Below are positions 30,855 through 39,902 of a DNA stretch of 64,000 nt, one piece after another. A program made the position numbers and the translations under genes. The notes beneath the pieces were generated by a model. It did not search any database. It worked only from the letters and a program-made list of their open reading frames with translations, and was not told where the DNA came from. Origin of the DNA: a virus (Duplodnaviria > Caudoviricetes); the IMG/VR virus record IMGVR_UViG_3300028888_000073, positions 32,001 to 96,000 of that record; one strand, 5' to 3'. Numbering within the stretch: position 1 is the stretch's first letter; every line of letters starts with the position of its first letter.

Positions 30855-31280
30855 TCACACCTCTTCAAAACTAATTGTAATCGGGAAAATCTGTGTTTTA
30901 GTATCCCAAATACTTCCTTCCTCAATCCCATTTTCAATTAGAGTATTCCTTGCCGGAACAGCGTTGTTATCAAAAATAGGAGCGACAACAACTGTACATG
31001 ATGTTGGTATGTTTTTTACAGATGTACATATCTTGACAGTATCTTGTAGTAGGTACTCATCACCATAAGTTTTAATTAAATACTCAAACACTTTGTATTT
31101 ACAGTTTGTTCCGTCTTGATCTGTATAAATATTTATTTTGACTGCCGGAAGTTCGTAAAACATCTGAGATGTCCAGTTTGATATCTCAACAATAAAATAT
31201 CCAGAACATGATTGAGTTGTTATATCTGCTGATAATTGAGTAGTGTCATTTCTATCAATTTCAGTTATAATGGTAGTCAT
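30855..31280 (-). CDS. Paralogue of the N-terminal domain of 29181..30215
   Basis: WTSQMFYELP / NIPTS...PIFDNNAV...IENGIEEG matches the neighbour. Confidence 0.7.
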   Translation of the reverse strand: MTTIITEIDRNDTTQLSADITTQSCSGYFIVEISNWTSQMFYELPAVKINIYTDQDGTNCKYKVFEYLIKTYGDEYLLQDTVKICTSVKNIPTSCTVVVAPIFDNNAVPARNTLIENGIEEGSIWDTKTQIFPITISFEEV

Positions 31281-31299
31281 TTTTATCACCTCTAAAGAA

Positions 31300-31593
31300 T
31301 CACATATCTAATTCTTTTCGTATTTTTGCTGTTAAGTTATATAAATAGGTAAGACATTTATCTTCTGTTGAAAAAATTTGTCTAGGCTCTCGGAAAATAA
31401 AATAATTGTCAGCACAGTCCACTACCATCTTTCTAGCAACAATGCAGACAGATATAGATATAATCCTTTTTCCGGAAGTGATTGACACAGAAACACATGT
31501 ATTGTAATCCTCCGTCAATATTATTGATCTATCAAATGCAGAAAGAAGATAGTTCCTTACATTGATAACTGTATTACACCTATTAAAAAACAT
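31300..31593 (-). CDS. Hypothetical protein
   Basis: ORF in operon. Confidence 0.55.
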   Translation of the reverse strand: MFFNRCNTVINVRNYLLSAFDRSIILTEDYNTCVSVSITSGKRIISISVCIVARKMVVDCADNYFIFREPRQIFSTEDKCLTYLYNLTAKIRKELDM

Positions 31594-31621
31594 AATACAT
31601 CACATCTTCACATAAGTATGA

Positions 31622-32002
31622 TTAGTTTGGGGGAGTATCATCATTTTGTTCAAGATCACCAGTTCCATATATATTTAAGAAATGTGCAAACGGTAGCGGA
31701 TCATCTACAACATGCTGAAGGAAATACTGTAATACCCACTGCGCTTGCAATGCACCACCAATATCACCCTCACAGTCAATGTCACCTCTAAAGAACCAAC
31801 CGTCATCTGTTGTTTTGTATTCTGTTGATGATCTTACAAAATCTATCAATTCATCAATGTTATCGTATCCACCAATAACAATAGCTTCTAGGAATACGGA
31901 AAGTAGAATCTGACCATCAAGTGCCTTAATTTCTCCATCACCATCAACGTCACCTAAAATGCTATACCCGTTGACAACATCAAATCTATATTCACTGCTC
32001 AT
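31622..32002 (-). CDS. Stand-alone dockerin-like protein
   Basis: GDVDGDGEIKALDGQILL and GDIDCEGDIGGALQAQWVLQYF, duplicated Ca-binding loop-helix. Confidence 0.75.
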   Translation of the reverse strand: MSSEYRFDVVNGYSILGDVDGDGEIKALDGQILLSVFLEAIVIGGYDNIDELIDFVRSSTEYKTTDDGWFFRGDIDCEGDIGGALQAQWVLQYFLQHVVDDPLPFAHFLNIYGTGDLEQNDDTPPN

Positions 32003-32167
32003 ACATAACACCTCAATCTTTATATATTGTATAGTATAATGTAGTCAAGTTTTACTGTTTTTGAGATAAAAAATCTTTTCTTATCACATATCATCATTCG
32101 CACATATAGCAAAAAAATACACACGCCGAATAATAGCGTGTGCATCTTGATATTTATTTTGTTAAAT

Positions 32168-32536
32168 TTATTCTTCTTCGTCATAGCATCCGGTGTTAAA
32201 TTCATTCATTGCTTTGAAATACGCAATAGGGAGTTGATCATAATACAATGTGCCGGAAGCACACTTGAATTCTCCCATCATCGTGTCACAGTCCACTTCA
32301 TAGTCATCATCATCTCCGATCTTTTTCCGAATATATGCAATATCATTTTCAGTAAATTCAGGAAGTTTGTCAGATTGATATGCAAGATAAAAATATGTGC
32401 CGTTCTTTAGAATTACAAAGTATAACTGCCCAAGATCCATGTCAGTGTCATCACACTCACCAATATACACGTAGTTAGGATTTTCATCCATCTTATTCTT
32501 GATATACATTACTTCTTTCACAAGTGTATCAAACAT
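32168..32536 (-). CDS. Acidic hypothetical early protein
   Basis: ORF downstream of a promoter. Confidence 0.65.
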   Translation of the reverse strand: MFDTLVKEVMYIKNKMDENPNYVYIGECDDTDMDLGQLYFVILKNGTYFYLAYQSDKLPEFTENDIAYIRKKIGDDDDYEVDCDTMMGEFKCASGTLYYDQLPIAYFKAMNEFNTGCYDEEE

Positions 32537-32554
32537 GTAAGACCATCCCTTCAA

Positions 32555-32719
32555 TCAATTCTTCTCAGTTGCAACACAGTTTGCAATTGCATATTCACTT
32601 TTCATTAGAATAACTTTGCCGATAGCATCTCGCTCATTTTCGGCTTCAACCTCAACCTTAAATCTGTGATTTCCAAACAGGATACAACAGTTATCATACT
32701 CAACAATATAAGTTTTCAT
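32555..32719 (-). CDS. Small hypothetical protein (MKTYIVEY...VEAENERDAI)
   Basis: 54-aa ORF read manually, AGGAG RBS after a promoter. Confidence 0.7.
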   Translation of the reverse strand: MKTYIVEYDNCCILFGNHRFKVEVEAENERDAIGKVILMKSEYAIANCVATEKN

Positions 32720-32761
32720 AATTAACTCCTTTCAGCATCGACATCACCATCTCACAAATAT

Positions 32762-32790
32762 AGTATAACATATTTATGCAGAAATGTCAA
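32762..32790 (-). promoter_or_regulatory. sigma-A-type promoter
   Basis: TTGACA-17-TATACT. Confidence 0.85.
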
Positions 32791-32858
32791 GTAGTTTCCG
32801 GAAAGTTATTGTAGAAGTATTCACATTATCGCATAGATATTTTGTACAAGATATATAA

Positions 32859-32890
32859 AAGCCGCTAATCATTATATCGACTAGCGGCTT
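32859..32890. terminator. Intrinsic terminator
   Basis: aagccgcta...tagcggctt. Confidence 0.7.
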
Positions 32891-32901
32891 CTGATCAAAA
32901 C

Positions 32902-33291
32902 TTATTCATCATCGCCGTCAAAGTATCCGGATTCTTCCATTTCATCAAGAACTTCTGATACTGCCTGTCCAACCAGATAGCATCTGATTGTACAATCCGC
33001 GTATTCAGGATCAGTAAGTGCCTTTTTGTAGCTTTCAAGTTCGTCACCAAAACATTCAAGTGCGTCAACAAGAATGTCAGAATTCATTGCAAGTGCTTCC
33101 CGTGCCTTGTATGCATTACAGTAATAAGAACCACTTGCGTTTCCTGTAACACTGTCCTCAGTGAAACAATCATCATTCAGTCGTTCTTCCAGACCATCAC
33201 GATCATCAATCCAATCCTCACGGTCAATGTTGTCCTCGATATACTCCTTAACGTCAGCTTTAACAGCTTCAAGATAATCATACTTCTGCAT
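32902..33291 (-). CDS. Very acidic early protein (DSVTGNASGSY motif)
   Basis: Monocistronic, with its own promoter and terminator; GGAGG RBS. Confidence 0.75.
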   Translation of the reverse strand: MQKYDYLEAVKADVKEYIEDNIDREDWIDDRDGLEERLNDDCFTEDSVTGNASGSYYCNAYKAREALAMNSDILVDALECFGDELESYKKALTDPEYADCTIRCYLVGQAVSEVLDEMEESGYFDGDDE

Positions 33292-33347
33292 AATAATTTC
33301 CTCCTTTAGTTACGTTTTCACGCTTTTGGAATCTCTCTTACAAATAT

Positions 33348-33376
33348 AGTATACCATATTTCAAGGCAAATGTCAA
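33348..33376 (-). promoter_or_regulatory. sigma-A-type promoter
   Basis: TTGACA-17-TATACT. Confidence 0.85.
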
Positions 33377-33469
33377 GTAGTTTGTAGGAAAATAAAAAAG
33401 AAAATCCTACCAAATAATTGATAGGATTTTTGTATATAGTGACAACATGTTCTTTTTTGAAATGTTTTA

Positions 33470-34414
33470 TTATTTATTCTCTGTATTTTTCTGTGTAAAT
33501 TTTGGAGTAAATAACTTTTTACCAATATAGATACCATTCATGAAATCATTAACAACTTCATCTGTGCATTCAATACCGTCAATAGAACAGAGTGATGTCA
33601 GATATTCACCACACGCTTCATTGTATTTAATCTCATTGATAAAATCACAGAATGCCTGACATTCTTCTCTTGATCTAAATATAATATGCATAAACTTAGG
33701 TGTCTTTCTTCCGGAGTAGTATGTTCCGGGTTTAGTTTCAAGTTGAATTAACTCATTGAAATCTTCTCCGGAGTAATATGTGTGATCAGTAAGTTCGACT
33801 CTATCTCCATCTGAACTTGTATCTGTAAAGATTCTTACACCATCACCAAAGCGATCAACTACCTCATATGTTCCAATCTTTGTTGGTTTATATTGACATA
33901 CACATTGTTTACATGGGCAGGACTCAGTTAGATGTTTACCTGTAGGGCTTGTAAATTCGATCTGCCTGTTATTATTACATCTATCACATTTATCAAACAT
34001 ATCGTATACATATTCATTTGTTACAATATAGCCATCTTCAAAGAAGTCTTTCACAAATCTCTTGAAACTCTTATTCTTTAATGTTTCCATGTTTTCCTTA
34101 AACTTTCTTTCAAGGTCTGCAAGCGCGGTCTGATAAGTGTCATACTCAGCACGGAATTCGCTCAGTTTTCTATTCTCATCCTCTAAGAATTCGACCTTAT
34201 TTCTGTACTCAGCACGGATGCACTTTTTAAGTGTTTCAACTAATGGCTTCAATTCTTTTGATCTTAGATACGATGGGTAACAATCCTCATCAAAGAAATC
34301 ATCAGAATCTTCATCATCATAATCATAGTTATCATCTTCAGGAGTACCTAATTTATCATAGTCATTTTCAAGCATATGAAACGCCCATGCATCAGCAAGT
34401 TCAAAATTATCCAT
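33470..34414 (-). CDS. Hypothetical protein with coiled coil and Zn finger
   Basis: CDRC...CPC; GGAGGG RBS. Confidence 0.7.
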   Translation of the reverse strand: MDNFELADAWAFHMLENDYDKLGTPEDDNYDYDDEDSDDFFDEDCYPSYLRSKELKPLVETLKKCIRAEYRNKVEFLEDENRKLSEFRAEYDTYQTALADLERKFKENMETLKNKSFKRFVKDFFEDGYIVTNEYVYDMFDKCDRCNNNRQIEFTSPTGKHLTESCPCKQCVCQYKPTKIGTYEVVDRFGDGVRIFTDTSSDGDRVELTDHTYYSGEDFNELIQLETKPGTYYSGRKTPKFMHIIFRSREECQAFCDFINEIKYNEACGEYLTSLCSIDGIECTDEVVNDFMNGIYIGKKLFTPKFTQKNTENK

Positions 34415-34677
34415 TAGTCGCCCCTCCGAACAAAACAGTATACAGGAACAGATGTAATATTCTTTGTTTCCGGCGTAATCCACCATGTAGCCAAACTATT
34501 ACTGCCCTCACAGAATCCAAAATGTGCGAATCTATATTCAGTACAATATTCAATATTATCTGTGTTAAGTTCTTTCTTTGCAATCTCCCGTGCTTGCACA
34601 TTATCAAACTTTCTTGCGTTTACAGCAACAATATCTCTACCTGTTTCATCTTCAAACATATCATAAATAAAAGCCAT
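34414..34677 (-). CDS. Hypothetical protein
   Basis: GGAGG RBS. Confidence 0.65.
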   Translation of the reverse strand: MAFIYDMFEDETGRDIVAVNARKFDNVQAREIAKKELNTDNIEYCTEYRFAHFGFCEGSNSLATWWITPETKNITSVPVYCFVRRGD

Positions 34678-34694
34678 AGTTATTCTTCCTCCAA

Positions 34695-34970
34695 TTAACA
34701 ATAAAATTCTTCTTCACGGTCAAACTCAGACTTTTCAGTTTTCATGCAGTTTGGCATGAAGTCTGTAAGTTCTGTCTCAATAGTTCTACCATCTTGCTTT
34801 GCAATTCTTTCATTTTCTTTCCATTCACTCTCAGTGTACTGAAACGCCCACTCTCTGCCGAATAGCTTAAACATCTTACTACGTGCATCATCATAATCTG
34901 TTCCCTCGATAACAACGTAATGACCACCATACTTGTGCGCAACGCCAAATGTAAAATAATAACGCTCCAT
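34695..34970 (-). CDS. Conserved-looking phage hypothetical protein (YYFTFG...WAFQY)
   Basis: GGAGG RBS; motif common in phages (from memory). Confidence 0.7.
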   Translation of the reverse strand: MERYYFTFGVAHKYGGHYVVIEGTDYDDARSKMFKLFGREWAFQYTESEWKENERIAKQDGRTIETELTDFMPNCMKTEKSEFDREEEFYC

Positions 34971-34988
34971 TTATAATTTCCTCCAAGT

Positions 34989-35411
34989 TTATTTTTTATA
35001 TTTTTTACAATCCTTACATCTAGGAAAGTTATCTGGACAAGCCTGTAAATCTGAACAAAGTTTTCTGTAATATATAAATCCATTCTTATGTTTCATAACA
35101 CTGACAATCCACGGATCATCACTGCACAACCCACCATACGAACTAAGATATCCTCTAGCAATACGCTTATCCCCGATATCTACACAGAATTCATATGGAG
35201 TATCAGGTGTCAATGACTTGTAAAAATTTTCAAGTTTATGCCATCCGGCAGTATTAGACTTAGTAGTGATCTTCTTTGTACTAACTGTAGTATTATGTTT
35301 ACTTACTTTACTGTTAGTTGATTTCTTTTGTGATTGTGCTGTTTGTTTATTTAGTTTCTTTGTGGTATCTGAATTCTTGTTTGAACTTCCAACATCAAAT
35401 AAAGGTTTCAT
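34989..35411 (-). CDS. Hypothetical protein
   Basis: ORF, ATGA coupling. Confidence 0.6.
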   Translation of the reverse strand: MKPLFDVGSSNKNSDTTKKLNKQTAQSQKKSTNSKVSKHNTTVSTKKITTKSNTAGWHKLENFYKSLTPDTPYEFCVDIGDKRIARGYLSSYGGLCSDDPWIVSVMKHKNGFIYYRKLCSDLQACPDNFPRCKDCKKYKK

Positions 35412-35644
35412 TTCATAATACCTCTCCGTCCGTGTCGTTTATCCTTCTGCCGCTTTGCGTGAAATTTAGAAATCACATCACTTCTATAGTTGTCATATAG
35501 TTGAAAAGTATCCACAACATCATATGATCTATTTCGTTCCTCTACATACTTAGCCCATTTCTCACATGATGTAGCACATCCTGCACAACGATCAGCGCAT
35601 CCAATACCAGTTGACTTGTCAAAGCAAGGAGTTTTCCTATCCAT
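35408..35644 (-). CDS. Small Cys-rich protein
   Basis: C..R..GC..SC..W pattern. Confidence 0.65.
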   Translation of the reverse strand: MDRKTPCFDKSTGIGCADRCAGCATSCEKWAKYVEERNRSYDVVDTFQLYDNYRSDVISKFHAKRQKDKRHGRRGIMK

Positions 35645-35653
35645 ATAAGCACC

Positions 35654-37696
35654 TCAGAACAGAGACTTTCTAGTTTTAGTCTTACTCGGATTTTGTTTTG
35701 GTTGTTTATCAATGTCAAGCAAATTAACTAATGATCTAGTTTTTAACATATTCATAAACATTTCCTCAGTTATAATCCTAACATTCAACTCTTTTGCCTT
35801 TTTGTTTTTAGCTGAATTACTATTAATGTCATTGTTAATTAAATGTGTTGTTTCAGAAGAAACAGAACTGCTAACCGTTCCGCCGTTACGTTTGATTGTG
35901 TCAATGATTTCATCACGGCTACAAGAAAGTTTACCAGTTATTACAAACTTCATTCCAGTAAGCAATGAACTCTCTTTCACTGTTTCACTGAAATCAAGAA
36001 TGTCACACAGTTTCATATATTCTGCTACATTGTCAGCATCAGAAAACCAATCATCAAGTGATTTTGCAACGGCATCTCCTAGTCCTTTTATCGTAGAACA
36101 AAGAAGATAAAAGTCTACTCCAAGAAGATTATTAGGATTGTTGTCAAGATTATTAGCTATGATCTCAGCAACAGACTTACCAATTCCGTCAATATTCAAA
36201 GCACCTAGCAATCTACTTAGTGTTGTGTGTTTCGATCTTTCAATAGATTCTTTAAGTACATCAACAGATTTCTTACCAAATCCGGAAAGACTGCAAAGAC
36301 TGTCGTAATGTGTGTCAACAAATTTATAGATATCAGAATATTTTTTAATATAATTAAGTCTTACCAATTTATCAATCGTTTTCTCAGATAGACCATCAAT
36401 ATTCATTCCGTGCTTTGATGTAAATGAAGCAAACTTCTTGATCATCTTTCCAACGCAATGTTCGTTTGTACATTTAAGAACAACAACACCGTCATTTGTA
36501 ACTAATTCAGTCTCAGATGAACAGTATGGACATTGCTTCGGAACAAACTGCATATATTCATCTGCATTGGAATGCTTTGTAAGATTATAACGTACCTGCG
36601 GAATGATCTCATTCGCTTTATACACTTCAATATAATCATCCTTTGCAAGATTAAGCTGTGCAAGAATTGAGATATTATGAACACTTGCTCGTGTAACAGT
36701 AGTTCCGTCAATGTCAACCGCATCAAATACTGCCGTAGGAGTAAGTACACCAGTTTTACCAATTGTAAAATCAATATCATTTAGTGTTGTATTGTATCCG
36801 TCATCATAAAACTTATAGGCAAGTCCATTTCTATAATGATGTGCTGTACTTCCTAAAGATTCACCATAAGCAATATCATCATACATTGCAACAATTCCAT
36901 CAATAGGAACATAATCATTATCAGCTTTCACCTTTAGCATTTGAATAGCATCTTTAATACTTTTTAATGCATTTGTTAAATATGGAATATATGTCACAAC
37001 ATTAAATCCGAGTTCTCTTGCGGCTTCAAGACCGGAAGTCATACAACCATTAGTCGATATATCGTTTGCATTCCATACAACAAATCTAACAAACCGCTTC
37101 GCACATATTCCGCTATTCAACTGTCTAACTGATCCGCTTGCAAGATTTCTAGGATTCTTATAAGGTTCTTCCAGTGTTGAATTGATGTATACAAAATCAT
37201 CCTTATGAATAATAGCTTCTCCGGTAATACGTATTGTTCCTTTAACACGTATCTTAGATGGAACACCTATGAAAGTTCTAGCGTTGTGTGTAATATCTTC
37301 TCCAGTATATCCATCGCCGCGAGTCTCCGCACGTACCAGTCTACCATCTACATATGTCAACTGACATGTAAGACCGTCTAGCTTGTGCATCAGTACAATG
37401 TCTTTACCACGTCTAAACTTTTCAACCGCTTCAATATCCTTTGCTTTATCAAGTGAAAGTAACGGTTTATAGTGTTCAACTTTTTCCAAATTACTAAGTA
37501 CAGTATAACCAACATTCTGTGTCGGAGAATTTGAAAGTATAATTCCTGTTTCATCTTCAAGACGTTTCAGGTCATCAAATAGCTTATCATACTTTTCATC
37601 CGGAATAGGTGAATTGTTTTCAACATAGTAAAAATATCTGCATTTATTCAGATATTCTACAAGATCATTAATTTGTTGTTGCTTTGTCATATTCAT
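35654..37696 (-). CDS. ligA: NAD-dependent DNA ligase
   Basis: YY...SPIPDEKYD, LSLDKA, KLDG, TRGDG, GEA, NPRN, DGIV, Zn finger, HhH repeats, BRCT (FVITG...SSVS). Confidence 0.96.
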   Translation of the reverse strand: MNMTKQQQINDLVEYLNKCRYFYYVENNSPIPDEKYDKLFDDLKRLEDETGIILSNSPTQNVGYTVLSNLEKVEHYKPLLSLDKAKDIEAVEKFRRGKDIVLMHKLDGLTCQLTYVDGRLVRAETRGDGYTGEDITHNARTFIGVPSKIRVKGTIRITGEAIIHKDDFVYINSTLEEPYKNPRNLASGSVRQLNSGICAKRFVRFVVWNANDISTNGCMTSGLEAARELGFNVVTYIPYLTNALKSIKDAIQMLKVKADNDYVPIDGIVAMYDDIAYGESLGSTAHHYRNGLAYKFYDDGYNTTLNDIDFTIGKTGVLTPTAVFDAVDIDGTTVTRASVHNISILAQLNLAKDDYIEVYKANEIIPQVRYNLTKHSNADEYMQFVPKQCPYCSSETELVTNDGVVVLKCTNEHCVGKMIKKFASFTSKHGMNIDGLSEKTIDKLVRLNYIKKYSDIYKFVDTHYDSLCSLSGFGKKSVDVLKESIERSKHTTLSRLLGALNIDGIGKSVAEIIANNLDNNPNNLLGVDFYLLCSTIKGLGDAVAKSLDDWFSDADNVAEYMKLCDILDFSETVKESSLLTGMKFVITGKLSCSRDEIIDTIKRNGGTVSSSVSSETTHLINNDINSNSAKNKKAKELNVRIITEEMFMNMLKTRSLVNLLDIDKQPKQNPSKTKTRKSLF

Positions 37697-38105
37697 GCTC
37701 TCTTTCAAATAATTTCTTATAACATTTAGGTCCGAATCCAACCTCAATAGAAGTTTCATCAATAAGCTGTCTGCCGCAGTGAGCACAGCGCCCAGTATGC
37801 ATAATACGATACTCGTCACTGTCTCTGTTGCGGATAGCATCTAATATTGTCTGAATCTGAATATCAGTTTCATTGATGCCGTACTTATCATTATGCTTGT
37901 ATGTAAGAACATTACCACGAATCTTAAAGTATCCACAGTAAATATTCTTATTCTCTTTCTTGATGTAAAGCTGATATATTTTGTTATTATCAACTCCGTT
38001 ATCTTTCCTGAAAATCTTGTATGCAAATCTTACAAAGTCAGTTTCAATTATGAACGTGCAATTTCCGGCAAACATAAATCTGATTTTATTCCTAATGATC
38101 CCCAA
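37668..38105 (-). CDS. DUF6011-like Zn-finger protein
   Basis: HTGRCAHCGRQLIDETSIEVGFGPKC. Confidence 0.8.
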   Translation of the reverse strand: MGIIRNKIRFMFAGNCTFIIETDFVRFAYKIFRKDNGVDNNKIYQLYIKKENKNIYCGYFKIRGNVLTYKHNDKYGINETDIQIQTILDAIRNRDSDEYRIMHTGRCAHCGRQLIDETSIEVGFGPKCYKKLFEREHEYDKATTN

Positions 38106-38141
38106 ATAAAACACCTCCTGACAATGCAATCTTACAATTAT

Positions 38142-38170
38142 AGTATAACATATTTGTAAGAAATTGTCAA
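38142..38170 (-). promoter_or_regulatory. sigma-A-type promoter
   Basis: TTGACA-17-TATACT. Confidence 0.85.
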
Positions 38171-38193
38171 GAGGGTTTTCAAATTTTCATATT

Positions 38194-38469
38194 TTAACTA
38201 TTTGTATTATCTTCATATGTTCCGTCAAGCTGTGCCTTAATTCCATTCACAATATCGTCAGTGTCATAATTATCAAAATCACTCTTATCAATTGTTGCGT
38301 ATGAATCATCACCGTCTGTAATAAAAACAGTTTTATCTGAATCATCATCACACCAATACTTAATACCATCTTCACTGCCGCTAAACTTATAGTTTCCGTT
38401 ATCAAATTGATCTTTGCAGTATGCAACTATATTGTTTATATTATCACCAATAGATTCAAACAGTCTCAT
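38194..38469 (-). CDS. Acidic hypothetical protein (MRLFES tag)
   Basis: AGGTGG RBS. Confidence 0.65.
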   Translation of the reverse strand: MRLFESIGDNINNIVAYCKDQFDNGNYKFSGSEDGIKYWCDDDSDKTVFITDGDDSYATIDKSDFDNYDTDDIVNGIKAQLDGTYEDNTNS

Positions 38470-38482
38470 ATTAACCACCTTT

Positions 38483-38812
38483 TCAATAATCTTCTTCACC
38501 GTAATCACAAATCGGACAGCTTCCAGAATCATCTAGCGTAGTGTCACACTCCGGACACGTATCAATTTCTGTACGCTCAATATCATCAAAATCCTGTTCC
38601 CCATCCATATCAATTATAAAATCATCAAATATAAGTATATCACTTCTATTCATATTGAGGTCGTTTGCGATCCGGTGTCGGAAGTTGTTACGCGCCTGAC
38701 TTAAAGATACTGCAAGTGTTTCATATGGTGGGTTCAAATCTCTAAGTAAACCGTTATCAATACCGAACTTATCAAGTCTGTATCTATGTCTGTTATCCTC
38801 TAGTATGATCAT
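38483..38812 (-). CDS. Hypothetical protein with C-terminal Zn ribbon (MIILE tag)
   Basis: CPEC...CPICDYGEED. Confidence 0.7.
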   Translation of the reverse strand: MIILEDNRHRYRLDKFGIDNGLLRDLNPPYETLAVSLSQARNNFRHRIANDLNMNRSDILIFDDFIIDMDGEQDFDDIERTEIDTCPECDTTLDDSGSCPICDYGEEDY

Positions 38813-38824
38813 ATGAAGCACCTC

Positions 38825-39373
38825 TTAGAATTTCAGATATGTAAGTGTCGGAGGAATTGAATCAAGTTCATCTTCTAATTCTCGTTTCTTAGACTCTAGT
38901 CTATCTTGCTTGATCTGAACCTTGTCAGCATCAGCTAATAGTCGTTCACGTTCTTCTTCTGTAATGTCATCAAATTTTGTATTAAAATCTTCCCAATATG
39001 CATCAATTTTTAATAGCATGTCATCTATGGTATCAATTTCTGACTTCTTGCGAGAATACTCAGGATTGTCAATAGTATATGTTATTCTGTCGTAAAACTT
39101 AGTTCCCTCATCTGTAGTATATCCAACATGTATGGGAGTATTCGGAAAATCTTTGTCAAGAGATTTAAGCAATTCCGTTGCTATGCCTTGTCTTTTATAT
39201 TCCGGAAGAACCGTTGTCATTTGAATATATGGTTCATCTTCGTAAATAGAATATTCTAACTTTCCAACAACCTTATCATCAACAATATAATCTTTGTTCA
39301 TATCGACCTGACCGCTGTAAGCACCTACAGAGTATGTTGATATTCTTCCATCAAGTTCTTCTAATATGATCAT
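38825..39373 (-). CDS. GNAT family acetyltransferase with coiled coil (MIILE tag)
   Basis: VLPEYKRQGIATELL, TDEGTKFY. Confidence 0.85.
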   Translation of the reverse strand: MIILEELDGRISTYSVGAYSGQVDMNKDYIVDDKVVGKLEYSIYEDEPYIQMTTVLPEYKRQGIATELLKSLDKDFPNTPIHVGYTTDEGTKFYDRITYTIDNPEYSRKKSEIDTIDDMLLKIDAYWEDFNTKFDDITEEERERLLADADKVQIKQDRLESKKRELEDELDSIPPTLTYLKF

Positions 39374-39383
39374 ATACAAAACC

Positions 39384-39887
39384 TCACTGTCTACCTGCAA
39401 CATCTAATAGCTTATCAATATCATAAAAAGATTCAACGCCGCGATCTAAATATTTCTGGATAACTTTTCTATTCTTTTCAATGCCGAACTTCTTTATCAG
39501 TCTAGGCATATCAGAAAGCCTGTAATGAAAACTTTCATCATTTAGAATCCATGTATCAATAAACACAATATCATTTGCTTTTACATCTTCATAAACACCG
39601 TATTCAGTATCATTTAATTCTACATAGTTGTCATTGTGTTTATTCTTAAATGCAACCGTACAGCCACCATAGCCGCTTCCTCCGCCGTTTGTAACACACC
39701 ATATGAAGTTACCCTCATACTCCAATTGACGCGCCTTGTCAATACGTAGACCGTGCTTAGAAATAGAATCTACATTTTCATATTGAGTATTATGGTATAG
39801 CATATCAGGAGTATTGTATTGTGGATATTCGTACTTATCAAGAAGATATGTAAAATCATATATTCCAACATTTTCTAGTATGATCAT
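39384..39887 (-). CDS. Putative ADP-ribosyltransferase-fold protein (MIILE tag)
   Basis: LYHNT..NVDSISKHGL resembles the H-class ART N-terminal motif; later YG and EY. Confidence 0.6.
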   Translation of the reverse strand: MIILENVGIYDFTYLLDKYEYPQYNTPDMLYHNTQYENVDSISKHGLRIDKARQLEYEGNFIWCVTNGGGSGYGGCTVAFKNKHNDNYVELNDTEYGVYEDVKANDIVFIDTWILNDESFHYRLSDMPRLIKKFGIEKNRKVIQKYLDRGVESFYDIDKLLDVAGRQ

Positions 39888-39902
39888 TTTACAACACCTA
39901 CA

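Noticed and set aside
37697-37840. N-terminal extension of the ligase ORF
   Set aside because: It overlaps the DUF6011-like gene; the ligase-like sequence starts at MNMTKQQ.
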